Positions 44,669-54,833 are shown, counted from the first letter of the stretch. The stretch: DNA of 64,000 nt from an uncultured Eubacteriales bacterium (GCA_964638835.1 CAZWZB010000002.1:19785-83784); one strand, 5' to 3'. Numbers and translations are program-made. The notes: generated from the letters alone by a model not told the origin.

Positions 44669-47602
44669 TTCATAAATTATGTTGTATAGTCGATTAAGTC
44701 TTACTAAAGCTAATTGTCCTGTAATTTTTTTATCAGCATTATAAACATTATTTCCATCTTTCTCTATTACATTGTTATCTAAGTATACTTCTATAATGTC
44801 ATTAGGATTATCATATTTTTTTACTAATTGTGGGTCTGCTATAAAAATAGTATTGTACATGATTATACCAGCTTCTAGTTCAGTTAAATTACCATTTGGA
44901 TTGAATCTACCATTTGGTGCATCCATAAGCCCTAATTTAACCATAAGAAATTGGTCAAAATCATCATTACCGCAATCTGTAACAATACCTTCTTCATAAT
45001 CAGGATTTTTAGAACCTTCTTCCCAAACATCATAATAAAGACCTGCCATAAGTGTTGCAAATCTGCCTCTAGTAATAGCAGAATTTATATCATTAAGAGG
45101 AGCAACGAAACCATTTGAAAGAGCTTCTTTTATTTCTTCTTTTGACCAATCATTTGGCAGTGCTGACTCATCATTAATAATTCTAAAATTATAATCTTTA
45201 GATGAACTTATACCTTCTGAATTAGTAGCTTTTACAGTAAGTGTATGTTCTCCTGGTGCAACTTCGTATGGCCAAATCCATAACATAGAACCTGTCATAA
45301 ATTCACGACCATCTAACAACCATTGTACATCATCATAAATCCAACCATCTTGAATATCATATATATCTATATCTAAAAATATTTCATCTGTTATTTTATA
45401 ATCAATTATTTCATCTTGTATGTAAAGTATTTCAGGTGCTTTGTAGTTAACTTGAATAGTAGGACTATCTATTTCAGAAGTAAGTATACCATCCGTTGCA
45501 TAAAGATAAAAATAACCATCTTTTGTTCCTGGATATTCTGAAAAATTAACTTCTATAGAAGTAGATGTAATATTTGTTGCAACATTTATAAAATCATCTT
45601 CATTTGGACAATACCATAATTCATAATAAATAGTATCGTCATCAGCATCTACACCTTTCCAAGATATAGTTGCTATATCATCTAATTTTTGATTTTCATT
45701 AAGGTTTATAAATTCAATTTGAGGTGTATTTTTAGAAACATTTTCGCTATATATTTCTTTATCACCTTTTTTAATTACAATCTTAGATGTATTTTGTGGA
45801 TAACGTGTAGTAATATTAACAGGTGATTTATCAATCTTTCTAGGAGGATTTGAATTAGCTATAAAGTTCATATCAAAGAAAGTTTTTGAAAGTTGATTTC
45901 CATTACTATCAAGCATAGAAACTTCATATTCACCCTTGTTAGTCACTGTTAAATTGGTTTTATCTGTTTCATAAATATACCAAGGTGTTTTTGTAAATAC
46001 TCCAGCTTCTGTTATAACACCTGTAATATCTATAGCTGTAATATCTGTTTGAGTTTGTTTACCTTGATATTCGTCTTCATATAAAGAAACATAATACATA
46101 AGTTCTTCGCAACTTTCACATTCAATAACTACATTTTCTTCTATAATGTCATTTTCTTCATCACAGTAGTCGCAAATAAAAGGTTCTAATCCATATATTT
46201 CGGTTAGTTCCTCACATTCAAAACATTCACCATAAATAGTAGGTTCATATATTTCTTCATAACAATAAATACAAGTACCTATACTTTCATCTGAATCATC
46301 TGAAGCATTTGAATTATTATTTTGATTATTTGCTTTAATTTGAGTTGAAGCATTTGGGTCAACATTTACACCAGTAAAAGCTTTAAAAAGCTGATTCCAT
46401 ATATCTGATGTAGTCCAAAAATCCCATGAATTTGATAAACCTGAACCCATATAACTAGTAACATTAGTAAGATTTTTTTGTCCTAAAACATAAAAAGGTC
46501 TTTGATTATCATTAATAACAGAGCCTGAACCATCTAATCCAACAGAATTACCACCTACTACAGCTTCTTTGCTTCCTTCAACTTTTCCACCATTCCACCC
46601 ACTGCCTTTCATTTTGTAAGGTGGTTCATTAGTATTAGGATTCATAGTACCACCAGGATATTCATCTCCAACTTTATAACAGTGTGCTACTTCATGTGCT
46701 ACTGTAGCTTGCATATCACCATCTGATTCAGTAACAATATTTGCTGGTAAACCATATGTATATCCTGCAAGACTTCCATCAAGTGGATTATTTCTTACAA
46801 AACCTATTATTAATTCATAATCTTTAGATTTTGTTTGTAAATTGGCAAGAGCTTCCCAAACATTATACATTCCATCTTCACTATTGAGGTCATACATATC
46901 ATCAGATAAATCTAATTCAGGAGCTAAAATATATTCTAAATTGTTTTTACCTAAAGGATATGTTGCATAAAGAAATTCTGAACTCTTTTTATAATCTCCG
47001 CTACAACGAATAACTTTACCTGAATAATTTGCAATAACTGGAACAGCTAACACTTTAATATTTTTAGATGGATAAAAATTTGTTTGGCGTGTTGCGGTAC
47101 CAAGATTACTTTTAAATTCAAATGAATAACCACCCATTTGCCAATTTTTAACGTCAGCCATATTACGTGGATAAAAATATGCATAATTTTGATTTCCACT
47201 ATTTGAAGGCAATAAATCTGTAATAATATTACCATCTTTTGAAATAGTTAAAGTCATACTTCCATCTTGAGGAATATTAACTTTATTTTTAAACGTAACA
47301 AATACTGCTGTTTCTTTTCCTGCAACAAAGTTTTCGATAGGATAATAAGAACCATCATTAGAATTTTTACCATAACTTAATACTTGATTTACTTCAATAG
47401 CCGTTATATCTGGATTATCTGTATTAAAGTTTAATGGTAATACTTTAAAAGAAGAATTTTGGTCTGAAGATATAAATTCAGAGCCTTCTACTGGAGATAT
47501 TGCTACTATTTCATCCTCATCATCAATTGAACATGAAAGTAGTGCAAAGCCTAAAATACAAATAAGTGCAAAACTTATAGATATTTTAAAAAATTTTTTC
47601 AT
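44666..47602 (-). CDS. Large lipoprotein with a zincin (HExxH) peptidase domain, a 4xCxxC insert, Ig-like repeats and a degenerate SLH-like C-terminus
   Basis: I set the start at the ATG at 47602 (AGAGGTG RBS). 'MKKFFKISISFALICILGFALLSCS' is a lipobox. 'ATVAHEVAHCYKVGDEY' lies near 46683-46700. The Cys cluster is at 46100-46290. The C-terminus reads 'WSKEEIKEALSNGFVAP...ITRGRFATLMAGL'. Confidence 0.7.
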   Translation of the reverse strand: MKKFFKISISFALICILGFALLSCSIDDEDEIVAISPVEGSEFISSDQNSSFKVLPLNFNTDNPDITAIEVNQVLSYGKNSNDGSYYPIENFVAGKETAVFVTFKNKVNIPQDGSMTLTISKDGNIITDLLPSNSGNQNYAYFYPRNMADVKNWQMGGYSFEFKSNLGTATRQTNFYPSKNIKVLAVPVIANYSGKVIRCSGDYKKSSEFLYATYPLGKNNLEYILAPELDLSDDMYDLNSEDGMYNVWEALANLQTKSKDYELIIGFVRNNPLDGSLAGYTYGLPANIVTESDGDMQATVAHEVAHCYKVGDEYPGGTMNPNTNEPPYKMKGSGWNGGKVEGSKEAVVGGNSVGLDGSGSVINDNQRPFYVLGQKNLTNVTSYMGSGLSNSWDFWTTSDIWNQLFKAFTGVNVDPNASTQIKANNQNNNSNASDDSDESIGTCIYCYEEIYEPTIYGECFECEELTEIYGLEPFICDYCDEENDIIEENVVIECESCEELMYYVSLYEDEYQGKQTQTDITAIDITGVITEAGVFTKTPWYIYETDKTNLTVTNKGEYEVSMLDSNGNQLSKTFFDMNFIANSNPPRKIDKSPVNITTRYPQNTSKIVIKKGDKEIYSENVSKNTPQIEFINLNENQKLDDIATISWKGVDADDDTIYYELWYCPNEDDFINVATNITSTSIEVNFSEYPGTKDGYFYLYATDGILTSEIDSPTIQVNYKAPEILYIQDEIIDYKITDEIFLDIDIYDIQDGWIYDDVQWLLDGREFMTGSMLWIWPYEVAPGEHTLTVKATNSEGISSSKDYNFRIINDESALPNDWSKEEIKEALSNGFVAPLNDINSAITRGRFATLMAGLYYDVWEEGSKNPDYEEGIVTDCGNDDFDQFLMVKLGLMDAPNGRFNPNGNLTELEAGIIMYNTIFIADPQLVKKYDNPNDIIEVYLDNNVIEKDGNNVYNADKKITGQLALVRLNRLYNIIYE

Positions 47603-47843
47603 GACATCACCTCTACACATATAATTAAGCACATTTCACACATAATAAATTTACTATGTGTGAAAATCTAAAATGATTAAAACAATTTGCTAATTATATT
47701 TCGTAAAATTGAAAATGATATAAAAGTATACAAATACGGCTTGTATATTTATTATAAAATTCAATTTTGCACCTTATAAATTTAGGCATCAAACTTTTTA
47801 AGGTTGGTAATTATATTTGTTTACTAAGTAATTTATTTATCAC

Positions 47844-48302
47844 TTATTGTTGTGATAGTTTTTTTGCTGTATTAATAATTAATGTATCCAATCCAGGTAT
47901 TTTATCAGCATTATTAATCCAATATTCAGCTGTAGTAATTACACCTTTTTTAACTAAAATATCAACAGCATCTTTAAGTTCCATTGCACCTACTGGAATA
48001 CTATTTGTTGCTTTTTTGTTTTCGGAAAGCTTATTACTAATATTAATAAGTAGCATATCTAAATATTGAAGATTATTATATGATTGGTTCCAAGTATCAG
48101 AAGAAGCAGAATTAATAACACCATTTTTAACAAGAACTTTTATCGCATCTTTAACAGTCTTTTCATTAATTGTATCAACTTTTGTAGACTCATTTTTTTG
48201 ATTTTTTAAAGAATTTAAGCCTCCACTCCCTTGGGCTGTAGTATTACTTTTATTATCTTTGTCATCTTTATTGTTTTTATTTCCAAATAAATTGTTTAGC
48301 AT
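47844..48302 (-). CDS. Small protein with a low-complexity N-terminus and two ~50-aa repeats (unknown function)
   Basis: Repeats: 'VKDAIKVLVKNGVINSASSDTWNQSYNNLQYLDMLLINISNKL' and 'LKDAVDILVKKGVITTAEYWINNADKIPGLDTLIINTAKKL'. AGGAGG RBS (rc of 48308-48313). Confidence 0.5.
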   Translation of the reverse strand: MLNNLFGNKNNKDDKDNKSNTTAQGSGGLNSLKNQKNESTKVDTINEKTVKDAIKVLVKNGVINSASSDTWNQSYNNLQYLDMLLINISNKLSENKKATNSIPVGAMELKDAVDILVKKGVITTAEYWINNADKIPGLDTLIINTAKKLSQQ

Positions 48303-48502
48303 TATTATTCCTCCTAATTTTTGTATTTTTGAAGTTTTACTCCTATGAACTTATTTTAATCATTAATAGAATTGTGCCTAGTAAGTATTGTATTATAAAT
48401 TTTTAAATTTGGCAATAACTTAATAGAATTTTTTAATATTAAATTAATACAAATAATTGCTTTTTAATGTTATAATAAAATAAAAAACAGAAAGGTTATA
48501 TT

Positions 48503-49387
48503 ATGAAAATTAAGGTTGGAAGTAGAGATAGTTTACTTGCTATAACGCAAACAAATTTAATTATAGATAGTATAAAAAATTTTTATCCTAATATAGAGTT
48601 TGAAATAATACCAATAAAGACTAAAGGAGATAAAATTTTAGATGTTTCACTTGATAAAATAGGTGGTAAAGGTTTGTTTATAAATGAACTTGAAGTTGCA
48701 TTAGCTAACAATAACATAGATATGGCAGTGCATAGCATGAAAGACATTCCTATAAATTTAGGAAAAGATTTAATTATATCTGCTTATTTTAAAAGAGAAG
48801 ATAGTAGAGATGTTTTTATATCAAATAAATATAATTCACTTAAAGATATGCCCACTAATTCAATTTTAGGTACAAGTAGTTTAAGACGACAAGTTCAAAC
48901 ATTAAATATAAATCCAAATTTAAATATAAAGCTTTTAAGAGGAAATGTAATAACAAGAATAAATAAGCTTGAAATGAATGAATATGATGGAATAATATTA
49001 GCTATGGCAGGAATAAAGCGTTTAGGTTTAGAAAATAAAATAAAATATATATTTTCAATTGATGAAATTGTACCAGCAGTATGTCAAGGTATACTAGGAG
49101 TTGAAACACATAAAGACAATTTATTAAATGAAATATTAACTTGTATAGATGATAAAGAAGCTAGATTATGTGCTACTATTGAAAGAACCTTTATGAAAAC
49201 AATTTGTGGTAGTTGTACAACTCCTATGGGGGCATATGCTGAAGTTAATAATAATCAAATTAATATAACGGGTTTTTATTCACTAAAAGAAAATATTATT
49301 ATAAAAAAATCAATCAACGGAAATCTAAATGAGGGGGATAACTTAGCAATAAAATTAGCTAATTATTGTAAAGGAGAAAATTTATGA
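48503..49387 (+). CDS. hemC: Hydroxymethylbilane synthase (porphobilinogen deaminase)
   Basis: 'KVGSRDSLLAITQT', 'KTKGDKILD', 'AVHSMKD' and 'LRGNVITRI..' are conserved HemC blocks. Confidence 0.9.
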   Translation: MKIKVGSRDSLLAITQTNLIIDSIKNFYPNIEFEIIPIKTKGDKILDVSLDKIGGKGLFINELEVALANNNIDMAVHSMKDIPINLGKDLIISAYFKREDSRDVFISNKYNSLKDMPTNSILGTSSLRRQVQTLNINPNLNIKLLRGNVITRINKLEMNEYDGIILAMAGIKRLGLENKIKYIFSIDEIVPAVCQGILGVETHKDNLLNEILTCIDDKEARLCATIERTFMKTICGSCTTPMGAYAEVNNNQINITGFYSLKENIIIKKSINGNLNEGDNLAIKLANYCKGENL

Positions 49388-50853
49388 AAGGAAAAGTATA
49401 TATAATAGGAGCCGGTCCAGGTGATGTTGAATTATTAACTTTAAAAGCAAAAAAATATATAGAGCAAGCAGATATTATAGTTTATGATAGATTAATAAAC
49501 AGTTCTTTATTAATGTTAGCAAATGATTATGCAGAGTTTATATATGTAGGTAAAAAACCTAATGCACATACTGTACCACAAGATGATATTAATAAAATTC
49601 TTGTAGAGAAAGCTTTAGAAGGAAAAATAGTTGCACGATTAAAAGGTGGTGACCCATTCGTATTTGGTCGTGGTGGTGAAGAAATTGAAGAATTAATAAA
49701 ATACAATATATATTATGAAGTTGTGCCGGGAATAACTTCTGCTATTTCTGTGCCTGCTTATTTAGGAATACCAGTAACACATAGAAATTATTCTTCTTCA
49801 TTTCATGTAATAACTGGTCATCAAAAAGATGAAAATAAAAATATAGATTACACACAATTATCAAAATTAGATGGGACTTTAATATTTTTAATGGGAATGT
49901 CAAATTTAAAACAAATAATAGAACAACTTATAGAAGGTGGTAAATCTATTGATACACCTGTTGTTATTATAGAAAACGGTACAACCAATAAGCAACGACA
50001 AGTTTATGGAAGTTTAGAAACTATATATGATTTAGCACAAACTAATAATATTAAGTCTCCATCAATTATAATAGTGGGTAAAGTAGTAGAATTAGGTGTT
50101 AAATTAAATCAACAAAAATATAAACCTTTGTTTGGTAAGAAAATTCTTATTACAAGAGCAAAAGAACAATCAAATACTTTAGTAGATATATTAAATTCCT
50201 ATGGTGCAGATATTGTTCAATGTCCTACTATAAAAATAACTAATATAGAAGATTATTCTCAAGTAGATAATGAACTTTTAAATATAGAAAAATACCAATG
50301 GATTGTATTTTCAAGTGTTAATGGAGTTTATCATTTTTTTGAAAGAATGAAAATACTTAAAATTGATATAAGAAGAATAAATGCAAAAATAGCAGTAGTA
50401 GGTGAAATAACAAAAAAAGCTGTGGAAGATAAAGGATTTATTGTTGAATTAATGCCTAAGAATTATACTTTACTTGATTTAACTGAAGAATTACTAAAGG
50501 TTATAAATTGTAATGATAATATCTTACTACCAAAAAGTAATTTAAGCGATAAAAAAATATTAGACAAACTAAAAGGACATTGTAGAGTTACTGACTTAGT
50601 AATTTATAATACTACACTAGATACTAGATATAAGCAAATACTTTTAAATGAAAGTAATTTTGATTATATCATATTTACAAGTCCTTCAACCGTTGAAAAC
50701 TTTATTATACTTTTAGAAAATAAAAATTTATCAGCTACAAAAATAATTTGCATAGGTAATACAACATATGAAAAAGCTAAAAGCTATAATTTAGAAAATT
50801 TAATGGTGTTAGCTAGTATAGATAAAGTTATAGAAACTATAATTTATTTATAA
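49384..50853 (+). CDS. Bifunctional uroporphyrinogen-III C-methyltransferase / uroporphyrinogen-III synthase
   Basis: 'VYIIGAGPGDVELLTLKA', 'KGGDPFVFGRGGEE' and 'VPGITSA' give the SUMT (CobA) domain. The C-terminal ~240 aa are HemD-like. 4-nt overlap with hemC. Confidence 0.88.
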   Translation: MKGKVYIIGAGPGDVELLTLKAKKYIEQADIIVYDRLINSSLLMLANDYAEFIYVGKKPNAHTVPQDDINKILVEKALEGKIVARLKGGDPFVFGRGGEEIEELIKYNIYYEVVPGITSAISVPAYLGIPVTHRNYSSSFHVITGHQKDENKNIDYTQLSKLDGTLIFLMGMSNLKQIIEQLIEGGKSIDTPVVIIENGTTNKQRQVYGSLETIYDLAQTNNIKSPSIIIVGKVVELGVKLNQQKYKPLFGKKILITRAKEQSNTLVDILNSYGADIVQCPTIKITNIEDYSQVDNELLNIEKYQWIVFSSVNGVYHFFERMKILKIDIRRINAKIAVVGEITKKAVEDKGFIVELMPKNYTLLDLTEELLKVINCNDNILLPKSNLSDKKILDKLKGHCRVTDLVIYNTTLDTRYKQILLNESNFDYIIFTSPSTVENFIILLENKNLSATKIICIGNTTYEKAKSYNLENLMVLASIDKVIETIIYL

Positions 50854-51007
50854 TACTAATTATTTTAAATTCATTATCTAAAAGTATTATTAAGTCTTCA
50901 CAAATGATTTTTATATTATTTGAAATATGTTTATTTTACTGTTATAAAATCCTTTAAATCTTTTAAAATTCTGATATAATGTTTATTAAAACTTTTTATT
51001 TTTATTT

Positions 51008-51047
51008 AATGTTGTGTCGCACTCATTAATGAGTGCGACACAACATT
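51008..51047 (+). terminator. 20-bp perfect palindrome after cobA/hemD (GTTGTGTCGCACT family)
   Basis: AATGTTGTGTCGCACTCATT/AATGAGTGCGACACAACATT. Confidence 0.7.
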
Positions 51048-51277
51048 GATTTATATTTAAAAAAATTAAAGAACGTCTATATAAGAAATGATAAAAATAT
51101 TGAAATTAATATTGTTTATATTAAATTACAGAATTATCATTCTTCATTTTACACTCCAATTTAAGTTTTAACTTATAATAATTAAAACTTAACAGACAAA
51201 TCATTAAAAGCAGAATAATCCTATAAATATTTTAGTATATATAGTAATAAATAATCAAGAAAGGATTTGATATTATT

Positions 51278-51925
51278 ATGAAAAAATTTATAGCAATTCT
51301 TATGATTTGTGCAGCTATTTTTAGCTTTACTAGTTGTAAAAAATCAGAAAGTCCCAAAGATGAAACATTATCTGATATGGAAAGAATACAAAAACAGTTA
51401 TTAACTATGGAAAACTATGCATGTATTAGTACTGTAGAACATATTTCAGATAACAATACAAAAACATATGAAATGAAACAATATTATAAAAAAACAGGGG
51501 AATATCGTTTAGAAATGATAGAACCTGAAAGTGTTAAAGGGATAATAACTGTATATGATGGTAAAACTATATCCCAGTATAATCCAAGGATTAAAGGAGA
51601 AATAAAGAAAGATATAGAACCTTCTATATATGTAGATGAAATGTTTTTAGGTGCTTTTGTAAAAAATTATTTTAAATCTGAAGATACAGTAGTTACAACA
51701 TCTAAATTTGATGCTTCAAAATGTACAATATTAGAAACTACAATACCTGGTGAACATAAATATTTATCTACAGAAAAACTTTGGGTAGATAATGAAACTT
51801 TAATACCAAAGCAACTTATAATATATGATGTTGATGGAAAAGAAAGAGTAAAAGTAACTTATGGTGAATTTAAATATAATGTAAAATTTACAGATAATAT
51901 TTTTAATATTTCCAAGGAGGAATAA
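51278..51925 (+). CDS. LolA-like sporulation lipoprotein (YdcC-like)
   Basis: Lipobox 'AIFSFTSC'. Its position immediately upstream of alr matches the B. subtilis ydcC-alr-ndoAI-ndoA order. Confidence 0.55.
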   Translation: MKKFIAILMICAAIFSFTSCKKSESPKDETLSDMERIQKQLLTMENYACISTVEHISDNNTKTYEMKQYYKKTGEYRLEMIEPESVKGIITVYDGKTISQYNPRIKGEIKKDIEPSIYVDEMFLGAFVKNYFKSEDTVVTTSKFDASKCTILETTIPGEHKYLSTEKLWVDNETLIPKQLIIYDVDGKERVKVTYGEFKYNVKFTDNIFNISKEE

Positions 51926-51927
51926 AG

Positions 51928-53088
51928 TTGACCGAATACAACAGAGTAGTATCAGAAATAAATCTCGATGCTATAGCACACAATGTTAGACAAATAAGAG
52001 AAATTACAAATAAAAATTCAGAAATTATGGCAATTGTTAAAGCTGATGGTTATGGGCATGGAGCTGTTGAAGTTGCAAAAGTTGCTCTTTATAATGGAGT
52101 TTCTGCTTTAGGGGTTGCTATAAGTGATGAAGGAATACAACTTAGAGAACATAATATTCATGTGCCAATATTAATATTAGGATATACACCCGAACTTAAA
52201 ATAGAAGAAGCTGTGAAATATAATTTAATTCAAACTGTATTTACATATCAAATGGCTTGTGCAATATCAAAATCTGCAAAAAAATTAAATAAGATAGCTC
52301 AAATACATATAAAGCTTGATACTGGTATGGGTAGAATAGGTTTCCTACCAAATGAAGAAAGTTTAGATATTATTAAAGCTATAGCTAAACTTGATAATAT
52401 AGAGGTTAATGGTATATTTACTCATTTTGCTACATCAGATGAAGAAGATAAAACTTTTACATATAAACAAGCTGAATTATTCCAAGATTTTATAAATAAA
52501 CTTGAACAATCAAATATACATATACCTATTAAACATATATCTAATAGTGGTGCTATAATAGATTTACCACAGTTTTCATTTAATATGGTAAGAGCAGGGA
52601 TAATAATATATGGTATGTATCCATCAGAACAAGTTAATAAAAATGAATTAAATTTAAAACCAGCTATGGGCTTAAAAACTCAAATAAGTTATATAAAGTA
52701 TGTTTCCAAAGATACATCTATAAGTTATGGAAGAAAATATTATACTAAGGAAAATGCAAAGATAGCAACTGTTCCAGTTGGTTATGCTGATGGATATTCA
52801 AGGCTATTATCTAATAAAGGAAGAGTTATAGTTAATTCTGAATATGCACCTATAGTAGGTACAATATGTATGGATCAATTCATGATAGATGTAACACATA
52901 TAAAAAATGTATCAATAGGTGATGATGTAATTCTTATAGGAAATCAATTGGATAAAGTTATAACAGCAGAAGAAATTGCTAGTATTATAGGTACAATAAA
53001 TTATGAGGTAGTTTGTATGATAGGTAAAAGAATACCAAGAGCATACATAAAAAATAATTCAATACTAAAAACTATATCATATATTTAA
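51928..53088 (+). CDS. alr: Alanine racemase
   Basis: TTG start after an AAGGAGG RBS. 'AIVKADGYGHG' holds the PLP lysine, and 'VGYADGY' is also present. Confidence 0.95.
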   Translation: MTEYNRVVSEINLDAIAHNVRQIREITNKNSEIMAIVKADGYGHGAVEVAKVALYNGVSALGVAISDEGIQLREHNIHVPILILGYTPELKIEEAVKYNLIQTVFTYQMACAISKSAKKLNKIAQIHIKLDTGMGRIGFLPNEESLDIIKAIAKLDNIEVNGIFTHFATSDEEDKTFTYKQAELFQDFINKLEQSNIHIPIKHISNSGAIIDLPQFSFNMVRAGIIIYGMYPSEQVNKNELNLKPAMGLKTQISYIKYVSKDTSISYGRKYYTKENAKIATVPVGYADGYSRLLSNKGRVIVNSEYAPIVGTICMDQFMIDVTHIKNVSIGDDVILIGNQLDKVITAEEIASIIGTINYEVVCMIGKRIPRAYIKNNSILKTISYI

Positions 53089-53100
53089 AAATACAAAAGG

Positions 53101-53132
53101 AATCGTACTTTAAATTTAAAGTACGATTTTTC
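53101..53132 (+). terminator. alr terminator
   Basis: AATCGTACTTTA-aatt-TAAAGTACGATT followed by TTTTC. Confidence 0.7.
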
Positions 53133-53294
53133 TGTTTAATAGTTTTTCTCCTTAATCTTTGATTAAGGAGTTATATTTTATAAAAATATACAAGTATAAC
53201 AAAGTTAAAATAGGGGATACTAAAAAAGTAAATTACATAGGTGGGAACAGAATTTTAATTTTTGTTACAACCAAGACAGCGGAGAGTGAAAAGC

Positions 53295-53639
53295 GTGATT
53301 GTAAAAAGAGGTGACATATTCTATGCTGACTTAAGTCCTGTTATTGGTTCGGAGCAGGGTGGAGTCAGACCGGTACTTATAATTCAAAATGATATAGGAA
53401 ATAAACATAGTCCAACCATTATATGTGCAGCTATAACATCTCAAATAAATAAAGCTAAATTACCAACACATATAGAAATTACAACGGAACAATATCCACT
53501 TGTAAAGGATTCTGTTATTTTATTGGAACAAGTAAGAACAATAGATAAAAAAAGACTTAAAGAAAAAATATGCCATTTAGATGACCAAACAATGAAAAGA
53601 GTAAATAAAGCATTAGAAATTAGCCTTGGATTGTTATAG
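53295..53639 (+). CDS. mazF: MazF/EndoA (PemK-family) mRNA interferase toxin
   Basis: '[60 protein letters not shown]' is nearly canonical EndoA. I set the start at the GTG at 53295 (GGAGAG RBS), giving 114 aa. Confidence 0.9.
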   Translation: MIVKRGDIFYADLSPVIGSEQGGVRPVLIIQNDIGNKHSPTIICAAITSQINKAKLPTHIEITTEQYPLVKDSVILLEQVRTIDKKRLKEKICHLDDQTMKRVNKALEISLGLL

Positions 53640-53645
53640 TAAAAT

Positions 53646-53682
53646 AAAAAACATCTTTAACATATTAAAAAGATGTTTTTTA
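53646..53682 (+). terminator. mazF terminator
   Basis: AAAAACATCTTT-aacatatt-AAAAGATGTTTTTT. Confidence 0.7.
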
Positions 53683-53759
53683 TAGTGAATTAATTAGAGA
53701 TTTTATAATTTAAATACATAGAAAATATCTATTGGTTTTGTAACTAATAGATATTTTTA

Positions 53760-54188
53760 TTATAAAAATACTTTTAATCTTTCGATATTATTTTCTTCAA
53801 ACTTTTGAAGTTTTTCCATTAGCTGAAGTGTTGTACTATCTACACTTCTATATTTATGAATATTTTTAATTGCATCTACCATTCCCATAGTACTACCAAT
53901 TATCATCATTTCAGCTAAATTTGTAGATGATTTATCTTTTAAAGTTTGTAAATTTATCATTAAGTAAGTTTTTATTTGAGTTAATTTACTAAGACCTTTT
54001 TCATCATGTCCTTTTTGTTGTAACATTGTTTTAGCTGATGAATTTATTTGTGCATATTCATTTAATTGAGCTGTTAAATGTGTTTTAAAATTTTCTTCAT
54101 TGGTAATACCAACTAATTGATTTATTGTATCAACACCCATTTGGGAGTTTTGGTAAACGAAATTTAAAAGTTCTACTTCTGCATCCAT
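53760..54188 (-). CDS. Hypothetical helical protein
   Basis: I set the start at the ATG at 54188 (AAAGGAGTG RBS). The 142-aa sequence looks all-alpha. I do not recognise a family. Confidence 0.45.
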   Translation of the reverse strand: MDAEVELLNFVYQNSQMGVDTINQLVGITNEENFKTHLTAQLNEYAQINSSAKTMLQQKGHDEKGLSKLTQIKTYLMINLQTLKDKSSTNLAEMMIIGSTMGMVDAIKNIHKYRSVDSTTLQLMEKLQKFEENNIERLKVFL

Positions 54189-54332
54189 TAAATTCACTCC
54201 TTTTATAATAGTATTTGTTATAAGTAAAATTATATTCACAGTTAATATTGTAATAAGTTTTAAATCTGATATAATTATTAGAATATTACATTTAGAAAAT
54301 ATAAAATTATATACATTTTAGGAAGTGAAATT

Positions 54333-54812
54333 TTGAAAATTACAATAATAAGTGTAGGTAAACTAAAAGAAGATTATTTACATATGGCATTAAATGAATA
54401 TAGTAAACGACTAGGTAAATATGTAAAGCTTAAATTAATAGAAGTATTAGATGAGAAAACTACTGAAAAAATGAGTGTAGCAGAAGAAAATATTATTAAA
54501 CAAAAAGAGGGTCAAAGAATATTATCTAATATAAAAAGTGGAATGTATTTAATTGGATTGTGTATTGGTGGTAAACAATTATCTAGTGAAAATTTAGCAA
54601 AATTTTTACAAACTAATATGACAAATAATATAAATAATATTGCATTTATAATCGGTGGAAGTATTGGATTATCAGATGAAGTTTTAGAAAAAGTTGATTA
54701 TAAATTAAGCTTTTCTAATATGACATTTCCTCATCAATTAATTAGAATAATTCTTTTAGAACAAATATATAGAAGTTATAAAATAATAAATAATGAACCA
54801 TATCACAAATAA
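54333..54812 (+). CDS. rlmH: 23S rRNA (pseudouridine1915-N3)-methyltransferase RlmH
   Basis: 'KITIISVGKLKE.Y', 'IIGGSIGLSDEV' and 'LSFSNMTFPHQL.R..L.EQIYR' form the SPOUT RlmH signature. 159 aa. Confidence 0.9.
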   Translation: MKITIISVGKLKEDYLHMALNEYSKRLGKYVKLKLIEVLDEKTTEKMSVAEENIIKQKEGQRILSNIKSGMYLIGLCIGGKQLSSENLAKFLQTNMTNNINNIAFIIGGSIGLSDEVLEKVDYKLSFSNMTFPHQLIRIILLEQIYRSYKIINNEPYHK

Positions 54813-54833
54813 ACTCCCTTAAGGGAGTTTATT

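Noticed and set aside
47767-48069. 100-aa plus-strand ORF overlapping the 152-aa minus-strand gene.
   Set aside because: The minus-strand ORF has an AGGAGG RBS and an internally repeated, compositionally normal protein. The plus-strand ORF is a hydrophobic shadow starting at TTG with no RBS.
53159-53314. 51-codon TTG-initiated ORF just upstream of, and overlapping, mazF. I considered it as the missing MazE antitoxin.
   Set aside because: It has no RBS, and the AAGGAG at 53165-53170 lies inside the ORF. There is no RHH or AbrB-like pattern that I can recognise, and it is too short after the putative beta-strand. I kept it only as a note within the orphan-mazF finding.
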